In this document: piece after piece, positions 8,537-16,355 of the stretch
Layout of the letters: each line of letters opens with the position of its first letter
Position numbering within the stretch: the stretch's first letter is position 1
Program-made: the position numbers and the translations under genes
IMG/VR virus record: IMGVR_UViG_3300033067_001710
Span: 1-36,473 of that record
Source: a virus
Taxonomy: Duplodnaviria; Caudoviricetes
Reading direction: 5' to 3' (one strand)
Length of the DNA stretch: 36,473 bases
The notes under the pieces: model-generated
What the model saw: only the letters and a program-made list of their open reading frames with translations
Told to the model about the DNA's origin: nothing
The model's database searches: none

Positions 8537-9861
8537 GTGGACGTATATATGTGGCTGCTGTAGGTAGACTGGGGCGCGGCCATGTCAAGCGCGGTCAAAC
8601 CCCACACCAGCGCGTCAACCCTATCCGGACTGTATGTGTCTGACGTTGGATCCCAACTGCACATCTGGTCTTCCAATATGTGCAAACATCCTACGTGGTG
8701 GACGCGCCCTTGTTCGTAGAGGGCCGATATTGGCTCCGCCCGGGTTTGCTTACCTCTACTTGCACGTACTGAGGTGTATGGTATCGTGCTCCGTGCTGTC
8801 CGGAGGTTGGCCTCAACCAGGTCGCCACCGTTGTTGACCTCCGCCACCACACGGTCAGCTCGATTCCGGTCAAATGCCGACACTGCTCGTGCCGCCCATT
8901 GTGCTGGTGTGTAGGTTCCAGACGCGTCATCGAGCACATATCCGTGACCGTCCTCACCTAGCCCTACTACCACTATCCCAGTCTCATCTGAGTGCTCGTT
9001 TGACGACACCGCGGGGTCAATCGCGACCACCACACGCCGGAGCCCGGGTGACTCCGTGCACCGCAGCTTGTCAATCCTGTCTCGTTGCCAAAGCGCGCGT
9101 GGATTGTCTTTCAGGATTTCTGCATTCAGTTCTTGTCTGCCGAGTCTGGTCCCTTCGTAGTTTCGGATAATCTCCCGAAAAAACGCATCTGCCAGGTTGG
9201 CTCTGTTGTCATACGTTGTGCCGCGCGTGACTACAACGTCGCTCCTATTGACAAGCCCCTTGATGACCGGTGTAGGTCTTGGGGTGGTGGTTACCACACC
9301 CTGTGGGTGCTGCCCAAGCCGGAACCCAAACATCAATTGGTCCCAAGCCGCTGGGTACCTCCAAGCCGCCAGCTCGTCCGCCCAAAATGTGTCGCACTGC
9401 GGTCCTCTGAGTCTGTCTGGATTGTCAGCAGAGTACACCGACCCAACGGCCCAATTGGGCCACGTCAACCTACGTTTGGACGGCTCGTAGGTGGGGCGGA
9501 ACCACTTGGGAGCGATTGTAAGCAGCCCGGATTCCCCTTCGAGCATCGTGTCCCGAGCATCCCCGGCTGTTGCTGCGACGAGATTCACGCGCCGGGCCAG
9601 TCCGTCCTCAACCCGACGTTGCACGAATTGTGCGCCCGTCCTAGTTTTGCCAAACCCGCGACCTGCCATGACCAGCCAGATCGTCCAGGCACCGTCGGGA
9701 GGCAACTGGTTGTCACGGGCCACCATCTCTTCCCAATTAGAAGAGAGTCTGGAAAGCTCTTCAGGGTTCAGGCTCTTGAGGTACGTCTGCATCTGCGTCG
9801 GGGAGAACGATGCCAGCAAGTCGCGCAATCTTTTCTGCTTTTTCTCTTGCTGAAGCATCAA
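8530..9861 (-). CDS. terL: Terminase large subunit (start uncertain: 9861, 9858 or 9792)
   Basis: AGRGFGKT Walker A, LRGPQ, WADE Walker B, TTTP, VAIDPA nuclease motif, SPDRVDALVW. Confidence 0.96.
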   Translation of the reverse strand: MMLQQEKKQKRLRDLLASFSPTQMQTYLKSLNPEELSRLSSNWEEMVARDNQLPPDGAWTIWLVMAGRGFGKTRTGAQFVQRRVEDGLARRVNLVAATAGDARDTMLEGESGLLTIAPKWFRPTYEPSKRRLTWPNWAVGSVYSADNPDRLRGPQCDTFWADELAAWRYPAAWDQLMFGFRLGQHPQGVVTTTPRPTPVIKGLVNRSDVVVTRGTTYDNRANLADAFFREIIRNYEGTRLGRQELNAEILKDNPRALWQRDRIDKLRCTESPGLRRVVVAIDPAVSSNEHSDETGIVVVGLGEDGHGYVLDDASGTYTPAQWAARAVSAFDRNRADRVVAEVNNGGDLVEANLRTARSTIPYTSVRASRGKQTRAEPISALYEQGRVHHVGCLHILEDQMCSWDPTSDTYSPDRVDALVWGLTALDMAAPQSTYSSHIYTSTW

Positions 9862-10225
9862 TTGACTTTACCTCGATGAGCGCGCCTTTCGGTCCTCTCA
9901 CTTCAAGGCCCTGCGTTTTGCCCCAACGACGCGCGAAACGTCTTTCCAGCCACCAAGCCGTGGCTTTCCAATCGCTCTTGCCAGCTTCCCTTAGAGCGAT
10001 TATCCCGCTCGTTTCAGCATCGGCAAGGACAAGCTTCACGGCCTTAGCGAATTCAGCGTATACGCCAGATTCTTGCGATTCTGCCGCTTTCATCCATTTC
10101 TGGTATGCACTCCGAGAGATACCTACCGCAGCACATGCCGTCTGGATGTAGCACCCCTGCGCCAAGCGCCTACAGAAGGCGTCTTGCAGTTCGGGCGTAA
10201 GTTTTGTCGGCTTTCTTCGCACCAT
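9761..10225 (-). CDS. terS: Terminase small subunit
   Basis: TKLTPE...ACAAVGISRSAYQKW HTH and WKATAWWLERRF motif; directly upstream of TerL. Confidence 0.85.
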   Translation of the reverse strand: MVRRKPTKLTPELQDAFCRRLAQGCYIQTACAAVGISRSAYQKWMKAAESQESGVYAEFAKAVKLVLADAETSGIIALREAGKSDWKATAWWLERRFARRWGKTQGLEVRGPKGALIEVKSIDASAREKAEKIARLAGIVLPDADADVPQEPEP

Positions 10226-10234
10226 TCCGCTGTC

Positions 10235-10306
10235 TTAAGTGTCGATCGACGCGCTTCCAGGCGGCCAGAGCGACAGGATCTGCTGCAGCATTGGGCGTTC
10301 AGGCAT
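10235..10306 (-). pseudogene. 23-aa stub MPERPMLQQILSLWPPGSASIDT, possible remnant of an S8-peptidase (IetS-like) gene start
   Basis: ATG overlaps the last ATPase codons (ATGCCTGA). MPERP(M/L)L matches my recollection of the N-termini of S8 peptidases that follow such ATPases. Confidence 0.45.
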
Positions 10307-11090
10307 TATCGGTCTCGTTGCTGAGCAGCGGCACAGCAAACCGCTGCGACCACTGTTTGAGTCGCTCATCGACGATCTTGCGAAGATCGGCGTCCGGCAA
10401 ACCGAGGACGTAGCGCCGTTGCACGTCTAGGCCGAATTGCTCGATCTCCGAGAAGCTCAGCCCCTTCAGCTTCTTGGCCAGCGTGTTGGGCGCGATGCCG
10501 AGCTTCGCACCAAGCCGCTCTTCGAACCGTTGGAACCACTCCTGGATCTGCGGTGCTGTTGGTGCAGAGAGCTGCAGTCGAAGCTGAAATCGCCGCCACA
10601 CCGCTCGGTCGAGAAGCTCCGGATGGTTCGTTGCGGTAACCACGACAACGTAGGGCGGCAGAGCGTCCACCTGGAGCAACAACGAGCTGACGACCCGCTT
10701 GATCTCACCCGTCTCGTGGACATCACCTCGTTCCTTGCCGACCACGTCGAATTCGTCGAAAAACAGAACGCATCGCTGGGTGCGAACCTGCTCGAAGAGG
10801 CGCGACAGCCTGACGGCGGTTTCGCCAAGGTAGCTGGCGATCACCGCCTCATAACGAACGACTAGCAACGGCCGGACGAGCTCTCCAGCGAGTGCTTCGG
10901 CCATGGAGGTCTTCCCGTTGCCGGGCGGTCCGGCAAGGAGGATCCTGTGCCGTGGCTCCAGGTTGTGTGCTCGCAGAAGATCCGCGCGATTCTGCTCTTC
11001 GATCACCTCCCTGCACGCAGCAGCGACGGTTTCCGAGAGGATCAGGTGCTCCATGCGCAGTCGAGGCTCGACCTCGTAATAGGCTGTCAT
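10299..11090 (-). CDS. AAA+ ATPase, IetA-like (family normally paired with an S8 peptidase), lacking the usual N-terminal domain
   Basis: GPPGNGKT, SYLGET, LFFDEFD, ETGEIKRVVSSLL, ATNHPELLDRAVWRRF; ATGA-coupled to the upstream gene. Confidence 0.85.
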   Translation of the reverse strand: MTAYYEVEPRLRMEHLILSETVAAACREVIEEQNRADLLRAHNLEPRHRILLAGPPGNGKTSMAEALAGELVRPLLVVRYEAVIASYLGETAVRLSRLFEQVRTQRCVLFFDEFDVVGKERGDVHETGEIKRVVSSLLLQVDALPPYVVVVTATNHPELLDRAVWRRFQLRLQLSAPTAPQIQEWFQRFEERLGAKLGIAPNTLAKKLKGLSFSEIEQFGLDVQRRYVLGLPDADLRKIVDERLKQWSQRFAVPLLSNETDNA

Positions 11091-11440
11091 TCGACGCGAC
11101 TGTCAGCTTTTTTAGCGGTTTTGCGACAGGATTCCGAGCAGTAGCTCGGTGGCCTCCCTCGGTTGACAAGCCAGGTAAAGTTCTCCCCGCATATCTTGCA
11201 AGTCCTGCGCCAATACATGTCTTTGATTTCCATCTTTATTGCCCTTTTCGCCCTAATCCATTCCCTTTGGAGCTTGCGGACTCGTTCCGGGCTCCGAGCC
11301 CGGTCCTCAGCCGCCCATTTCCGTTGTGCTTCCCTCCGCCTACATGACCGTATCTCTAACCACAGATGCCACGTCTCCACACCTATCCCGTGCTGGGAGT
11401 CGACGAACTCTTGTAGGATGCCCTCATACATGTCTAGCAT
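11087..11440 (-). CDS. Basic zinc-finger protein
   Basis: CKICGENF...GRPPSYCSESCR; start at 11440 or 11431. Confidence 0.7.
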   Translation of the reverse strand: MLDMYEGILQEFVDSQHGIGVETWHLWLEIRSCRRREAQRKWAAEDRARSPERVRKLQREWIRAKRAIKMEIKDMYWRRTCKICGENFTWLVNRGRPPSYCSESCRKTAKKADSRVE

Positions 11441-11975
11441 ATGTGCCAACGTCTGCCGTAATGTATGCGAAGGTGGCAGCTGCAAGAGCCGCACGGGCCT
11501 CTGCCATGATCATCGCTAGCAGTGCCGTTTTGCCAGTGCTCGGGTTGCTGGTTGAGGTGCTCGCCAGCCATAGCAACCACGTTGCGACCGACGCAACTGA
11601 CTTCCGTCTCGATTTTGACAACTTGCCAACTCTTTTTGCCATATTGGCAATCTCGCGGAACGTGAGCTGCGCAGTCGGCGATTCAGCGGCTAACGCCAAA
11701 CTCACATTACCATACATTGCGGTGCTGCTGTACTGCAGTTCTAGCGCGCGGTGGTGGTGCTCGTCCAACATCCGCAACCGGGCCACGATGGCTCTATCCC
11801 TTTCCGCGCTTTCCATTATATAGTGAGTTATGGAGTCGTCTGGGTTTCCGCTGCGACTGCAATTAGATACCCCATCGGCCAGCAACGCAAGCTGCCCACC
11901 AAGCGCAGACCTCAACCCCAGAGCACATTCCGCTGCTCCGCCGAAATGCCAACGGAGATCATCTTCGGGCGTCAT
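11424..11975 (-). CDS. Hypothetical protein, possibly a late-transcription regulator
   Basis: GAGG RBS and ATGA coupling. RLRMLDEHHHRALELQY is reminiscent of Q/sigma-region-4-like phage regulators; function is inference. Confidence 0.55.
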   Translation of the reverse strand: MTPEDDLRWHFGGAAECALGLRSALGGQLALLADGVSNCSRSGNPDDSITHYIMESAERDRAIVARLRMLDEHHHRALELQYSSTAMYGNVSLALAAESPTAQLTFREIANMAKRVGKLSKSRRKSVASVATWLLWLASTSTSNPSTGKTALLAMIMAEARAALAAATFAYITADVGTYARHV

Positions 11976-12640
11976 TTGCCGAGCAATCTCCTCAACCTAC
12001 CCACCACCCCTGCCTCATGTTTCACGTGAAACATGTCAGCTGGATCGAACTCCAGCTTTTCCTTGTATTCGCTGAATAGTGACACGACAGCTTTGCTGTA
12101 TTCCTCTACACGTGCAGTAAAATAGCCAGCGCGCTTGAGTTGCGCGACGAACGACACAGGATCCCCTGTCTCCAGATCAGGCCAGGCCCGCCCGTAGCGC
12201 GACCTCAACACCCGCAGATATGCAGCTGCACCTTCGTCTAAAGTCCGGAAAGCCTGGAACCGTGTGGCAGTGTGGCTTGGGTGCAGACGCACAGTTGCAA
12301 AGCCAGCTTGCGTCGACGTGATCTCCACGTCATCACCTGGACGCCCGTCCGTTCGTGGTTGAGACTCTGCCAGCCATCGAAACGCCGTACTCCGGAGCAC
12401 AAACTCAGACGTGGACCGACAGAAGTGCTCGCCATCCCACTTGTCTGTTGCCTTGGTTCCTCCAAGGTTGTAATTCCAGCAATGCTGCCACCTACCAGTC
12501 TCGAGAGCGCTCTGCGCCAGCAACACGAGCAAAGCATTGCGCGTCGGGACTGCCCCCTCCTGTGCGTACCATGCCCTACACAGCGCACGAGCTAGCAGTC
12601 TGGGGTTTACCTCCGTCCTGATAGCAGTAACCTCGCTCAT
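11972..12640 (-). CDS. Putative endolysin, glucosaminidase/GH73-like lysozyme fold
   Basis: LAQSALETG, NYNLGGTKA, FQAFRTLDEGAAAY and GYFTA motifs. Confidence 0.75.
   Translation of the reverse strand: MSEVTAIRTEVNPRLLARALCRAWYAQEGAVPTRNALLVLLAQSALETGRWQHCWNYNLGGTKATDKWDGEHFCRSTSEFVLRSTAFRWLAESQPRTDGRPGDDVEITSTQAGFATVRLHPSHTATRFQAFRTLDEGAAAYLRVLRSRYGRAWPDLETGDPVSFVAQLKRAGYFTARVEEYSKAVVSLFSEYKEKLEFDPADMFHVKHEAGVVGRLRRLLGK
12018..12033. promoter_or_regulatory. parS: parS-consensus palindrome 2, inside the 3' end of the lysin gene (palindrome extends 12016-12035)
   Basis: catgtttcacgtgaaacatg. Confidence 0.85.
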
Positions 12641-12678
12641 GCTGCTACCATGCCATATGTGCTGGGCACATGCAACAC

Positions 12679-12714
12679 AAAAAGTTGAGGCCCGGGAGGA
12701 GGGGCCCGGGCCTC
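12679..12714 (-). terminator. Intrinsic terminator-like hairpin in the leader of the leftward transcript
   Basis: 10-bp stem gaggcccggg/cccgggcctc (12687-12696 and 12705-12714) followed by AACTTTTT on the minus strand. Confidence 0.65.
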
Positions 12715-12751
12715 GGAGCCGAACCATGGAGGAGTTGACGTAGCTACACAC

Positions 12752-12780
12752 AGTATATTAATGGCAACTAATGTAGTCAA
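12752..12780 (-). promoter_or_regulatory. Sigma70-type leftward promoter
   Basis: TTGACT-17 bp-TATACT on the minus strand. Confidence 0.8.
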
Positions 12781-12791
12781 GCCTGTCATGC

Positions 12792-12842
12792 AAAAAAAAA
12801 CCTGCCCAGTCCCTTGACATACGTACATACGGTTCGTATTGT
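12792..12842 (+). promoter_or_regulatory. Sigma70-type rightward promoter with an A-tract UP element
   Basis: A9 tract at 12792-12800; TTGACA (12814)-17 bp-TATTGT (12837). Confidence 0.8.
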
Positions 12843-12878
12843 TGTAGTACCATCAACAAGATGGTGATTGGAGACGAG

Positions 12879-13064
12879 ATGATCAGAACCGAGGGCCTCA
12901 GACCAAATCAGCTGCTACAGGAGTACCGAGACGAGCTCCGCTACGCCTCAACCGAGCATGCTCGTATCAGGCGTATATACCGCAAAAACATCTACGGGGA
13001 GCTCGTGTTGCAAAAACGAGCCCTACTGGAAGACTTTGCCATGGAGGTGCAATATGACTACTGA
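12879..13064 (+). CDS. Hypothetical early protein
   Basis: GGAG RBS; first gene after the promoter. Confidence 0.65.
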   Translation: MIRTEGLRPNQLLQEYRDELRYASTEHARIRRIYRKNIYGELVLQKRALLEDFAMEVQYDY

Positions 13065-13302
13065 TCTGCAAGATCTGGAAGACCTGGGAAACATCCCGTC
13101 GGGAATGGTCATGGCACGCGCACTCTGCGCTGTCGGGAGACGCTCACAATTTGTGCGTGCGGTGCTCAAAGCCATACTTGCCGAACGAGTCGCTCTACAA
13201 CAAGCAGGAGTTCGAAACGATGATCCCGCTGTCCTCGCGTTTGACTCGGCCTACCTTGCCGTACTTGAGTGGGCCTATGGCCCAGGCAGTGAGGACAAGT
13301 GA
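13054..13302 (+). CDS. Hypothetical early protein
   Basis: GGAGGT RBS before ATG 13054 (MTTDLQDLE). Confidence 0.7.
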   Translation: MTTDLQDLEDLGNIPSGMVMARALCAVGRRSQFVRAVLKAILAERVALQQAGVRNDDPAVLAFDSAYLAVLEWAYGPGSEDK

Positions 13303-13589
13303 GCGAGCTGGCTCGCCTCATCTGGCGTGACGCCGTGTCTGGAATCCTGTTTGAGTACATCCCACACTGGCCGCGTCACGCAGCTCGCGTAAGTGCGGCT
13401 GTGTGGGTCTACAACAACGTTGCAATGGCACAACGTGCCCTGTGGGACATGTCCAAGGATTGCAACGATATTCGCATACTGCTACTTTACGGCTTTGCCA
13501 CCATGCACCTAGTGCCCGGTGGGTATCGCCCATCCTACGCTGAGTTGACCAGTTTCGTAAAAACAATGGAGAAGACACAATGCGAATAG
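13299..13589 (+). CDS. Hypothetical early protein
   Basis: GAGG RBS, GTGA coupling. Confidence 0.65.
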   Translation: MSELARLIWRDAVSGILFEYIPHWPRHAARVSAAVWVYNNVAMAQRALWDMSKDCNDIRILLLYGFATMHLVPGGYRPSYAELTSFVKTMEKTQCE

Positions 13590-13807
13590 ATATAGAGATC
13601 CCATCCTTCGGGTGCCCCGTGTGTGGCTTCGGCATAGAGCAGGGCATATGTGTGCTCTGCAACCCACAGTGCGACTGCGGTCGGGCCATACGCGCCCGCG
13701 TTTTCGCGGCGTCGTTTGACGACTCTCCCACCATAGATGACACCATAGATGACACCACCCTCGATGAGCCCACGATCCCCGAAATACAACCCTGGGAGAT
13801 CTACTGA
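13580..13807 (+). CDS. Small Cys-rich acidic protein
   Basis: GGAG RBS; CPVC, CVLC, CDC; TIDD repeat. Confidence 0.65.
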   Translation: MRIDIEIPSFGCPVCGFGIEQGICVLCNPQCDCGRAIRARVFAASFDDSPTIDDTIDDTTLDEPTIPEIQPWEIY

Positions 13808-13932
13808 TGGGTGCCATGTGGCTCCAATGGGAGTTGTGCATCGCGGCCAGCGTCATTGCGGGCCATATCAACGTCGCGAGCGAATTGTGCGACTTTTACG
13901 TCGCCTGGTTTGTAGAAAGGAGTTGGCATTGA
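13807..13932 (+). CDS. 41-aa ORF absent from the ORF track (MGAMWLQWELCIAASVIAG...)
   Basis: TGATG overlap upstream and TTGA overlap downstream. Confidence 0.55.
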   Translation: MGAMWLQWELCIAASVIAGHINVASELCDFYVAWFVERSWH

Positions 13933-14105
13933 AACGTAACGTCACATTGTCACTGGACGATGCAGTCCTAGACGGTCTGGCCATCCTGGCTGGCGACGAC
14001 TGCATCCCGCGTAGCCACGTTGTCGCACAACTGGTAACAGCCGAACTCGCACGGCGCGAAGCAGCGACCGCGCACACACACACACCAGACCCAGCCAATG
14101 GGTGA
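13929..14105 (+). CDS. Ribbon-helix-helix (CopG-like) regulator
   Basis: AAAGGAG RBS before TTG; KRNVTLSLDDAVLDGL...PRSHVVAQLV pattern. Confidence 0.75.
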   Translation: MKRNVTLSLDDAVLDGLAILAGDDCIPRSHVVAQLVTAELARREAATAHTHTPDPANG

Positions 14106-14654
14106 GTAAACTTTTACGCACCTAACTCCCCACTTCCGCAACGGCTATACCCACACAAACCGTAATGATTCTGCCCACTTGGTGGTGCATGTGCAATCGC
14201 GCGCGCGCAACTGCGTAAACTTTTACACACCAACCGCGTATCCCACTTCGCACCTTCGCACCGCGTGGCGCGACCACCATGAGCGGTTCGATGTGGTCTG
14301 CTGTTCCTGACCCCAACCTCCCCAACCTCCTGACGAAACTTTAAAAGTAGTTTGCACGCACGCGTGCGTGCAAACAACTCACAACCTTTTCTATAACCCC
14401 CCAAAGGTTGGGAACAGTTGGGAACAGGGTGTTTCCCAGCCGTTTTTGGCTCCGGAACCCGTTCCCAACGCCGATCCCAACCACCCACATGGTCCCGACC
14501 TCGGACCCAAAAAGGTTGGGATTCGCGGGTGCTAGTGGCGTTCATTCTCCAGTATTAAGGCTTTGACAGATATCGGACATTAGGATTGTGCTGGAAATGT
14601 GTGCGTATGGGTGTTCCCAACGCACCTTGTCCCCGTCCGTGCTTTTGAGCGGAT
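14106..14654. other. Probable replication origin / repeat-rich non-coding region
   Basis: Multiple CCCAAC/GTTGGG units in both orientations, a 26-bp perfect palindrome at 14350-14375, and a GTAAACTTTTAC direct repeat; lies just downstream of the primase/helicase genes. Confidence 0.55.
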
Positions 14655-16355
14655 TTACTGATTAGGTAGGTAATATCGCCAGATGTTTGCTCCGTCGATT
14701 CGCCGTCGCTTGCGGACCCAACCGAGCGATTTCATGGCCGTCGCGACCCTCATCTGGTCAAACCTGGTTTGCCGGCCGGGTTCGATGCTGAGCGCGTCCC
14801 CGAGAATGTCCGCGACCGACACCCCTTCGGTGCCGATATCATCCGGCCGTAGGGGGTTGGCGAGCCATGCCGCCAGTATCTCAACCCATGGGTCACCGTC
14901 CGCACGCCGCTCGTCCTGCTGCTCGGCAGCCGCCGCTTCAACTGCCGCGTCGACGAACCACCACTTTTGACCACCACGGTACAGGTGTACTGCCTCTGCC
15001 CATATCTGGTCACGGTCCTTGCGCAGCGCGTCAAGAGCTATATTCCCGCAAGCCACGGGAAGAAACCGCCGGCCGCCCGTCGCGTCCATAAGATACATGT
15101 CATCATTTGTAGTGCCTGCGCACACACAGCGACGGGGGTGGTCTTCCTTCAGCTTGGCGTATGGCGCCCTATATGTGTCAGTTTGTCGCACAAGAAACGC
15201 CTTGACGTTGCGCACGTCGGCCCGCGCAAGGCCAGTTAGCTCAGGCAACTCAACCAGCCACGCGCCTTGGATGCCGAGCAGCGTGTCCTTGTTTTGCAGG
15301 TTAGCAAGGTCAACGGAATCATACCACGTGCCAGGAACACCGCTCGCAAGGATGGAAACCGCTGACGATTTGCCTAGTCCTTGCGGACCCTCCAAGACGA
15401 TGGCCTGATCAGCCTTGCATCCTGGGTCGTAGGTCCGCGCCACGGCGGCTACAAGCCAGCATACCGATGCCTCCCGTAGGTACGCAGCGTGCTGCTCGTC
15501 GCGCGCCGGAGCCCCCAGATACGCCTCGGCAAACATGCGCACACGGGACATGCCGTCCCACACCAGGCTGTCAAGGTAGTCTCGCACTGGGTCGTAGCGA
15601 TGCCTCTCCACAGCAGCCAATATTCCAGCATCTACATAATTCGCCGGGAAGTCAAGTTCGTACTCGCGCTCTACGTAGGTGCGTGTCCGCCGAAGGTCTC
15701 CATCGGCAAGAGGACGGGGGAACGTCTTGCTACCACCGTCAAAATCCGTGCCAGCCCACGGAGGCTCGCGCATAATCATCGGAATACTAGACCGCTCATT
15801 GAAAGCGAAAAGACGCTCAAGTGCAGGATCGTTTAGAACGATTGTCTCAGCATTGCCAAGAGTCTTGCGTATCGCACCTTTGTATGTGCAGAGCAGCAGA
15901 TCGCGCCATGTGCCATCTTTGACTACCTCTGCTTTGGTGGCAACAGCATGGCGATCAGCACGGTCCAGATCGCGAGAACGTGTCGCGGTCGGCACATCGA
16001 AGCCGAACCGGAGCCCGATTTGGCGCAGCGCCTCAACCGGTTTGATGTGCTGGTGTGCGCAGACCACGTCGATGACCGACCTGTAACCATCCCGGCCCTC
16101 CGTCTGGCACCTGTTGTGGTAGCACTTGATACCGTTCGCACTTGGTGGAATCCTGGCGTCTTTCTCCCCACACCCTGGGCACTGGACGTGGGCTCCGTTG
16201 ACCTCGAGCCCGAGCCAGGACACAATGTCTGCAATAGGCACATCGTTCGCACGTTTCCATACATCGCCGCTCCCTCCGTTGGTTGAACGTTTTTCCGCAG
16301 TAGCTTTAGGCTTATTCTCCGGAAACATCGTTTCCACAATTTTTAGAAGTGTCAA
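14655..16355 (-). CDS. VapE/VirE-family helicase with an N-terminal zinc-binding domain (start TTG 16355, or ATG 16370/16328)
   Basis: CPGC...CYHNRC, LVWDG, PGCKAD, LEGPQGLGKS, DTYRAPYA, GTTN, DATGGRRF, RDQIWAEA. Confidence 0.9.
   Translation of the reverse strand: MTLLKIVETMFPENKPKATAEKRSTNGGSGDVWKRANDVPIADIVSWLGLEVNGAHVQCPGCGEKDARIPPSANGIKCYHNRCQTEGRDGYRSVIDVVCAHQHIKPVEALRQIGLRFGFDVPTATRSRDLDRADRHAVATKAEVVKDGTWRDLLLCTYKGAIRKTLGNAETIVLNDPALERLFAFNERSSIPMIMREPPWAGTDFDGGSKTFPRPLADGDLRRTRTYVEREYELDFPANYVDAGILAAVERHRYDPVRDYLDSLVWDGMSRVRMFAEAYLGAPARDEQHAAYLREASVCWLVAAVARTYDPGCKADQAIVLEGPQGLGKSSAVSILASGVPGTWYDSVDLANLQNKDTLLGIQGAWLVELPELTGLARADVRNVKAFLVRQTDTYRAPYAKLKEDHPRRCVCAGTTNDDMYLMDATGGRRFLPVACGNIALDALRKDRDQIWAEAVHLYRGGQKWWFVDAAVEAAAAEQQDERRADGDPWVEILAAWLANPLRPDDIGTEGVSVADILGDALSIEPGRQTRFDQMRVATAMKSLGWVRKRRRIDGANIWRYYLPNQ

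Noticed and set aside
13729-13767. 12-bp tandem repeat (ccatagatgaca), and likewise the PEPEPE repeat at about 7329-7352
   Set aside because: Short in-frame low-complexity slippage repeats in linker regions, with no evidence of a separate function
14350-14375. 26-bp perfect palindrome as a protelomerase (telRL) site of a linear plasmid-phage
   Set aside because: No protelomerase-like ORF is recognisable; an origin element is more parsimonious
14114-14545. 143-aa minus-strand ORF in the putative origin region
   Set aside because: No recognisable motif, and its composition is dictated by the DNA repeats; treated as non-coding, though not excluded
14300-14625. CCCAAC/GTTGGGAAC repeats as a CRISPR mini-array
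   Set aside because: Units are only 6-10 bp, irregularly spaced and in both orientations; there is no repeat-spacer periodicity and no cas gene
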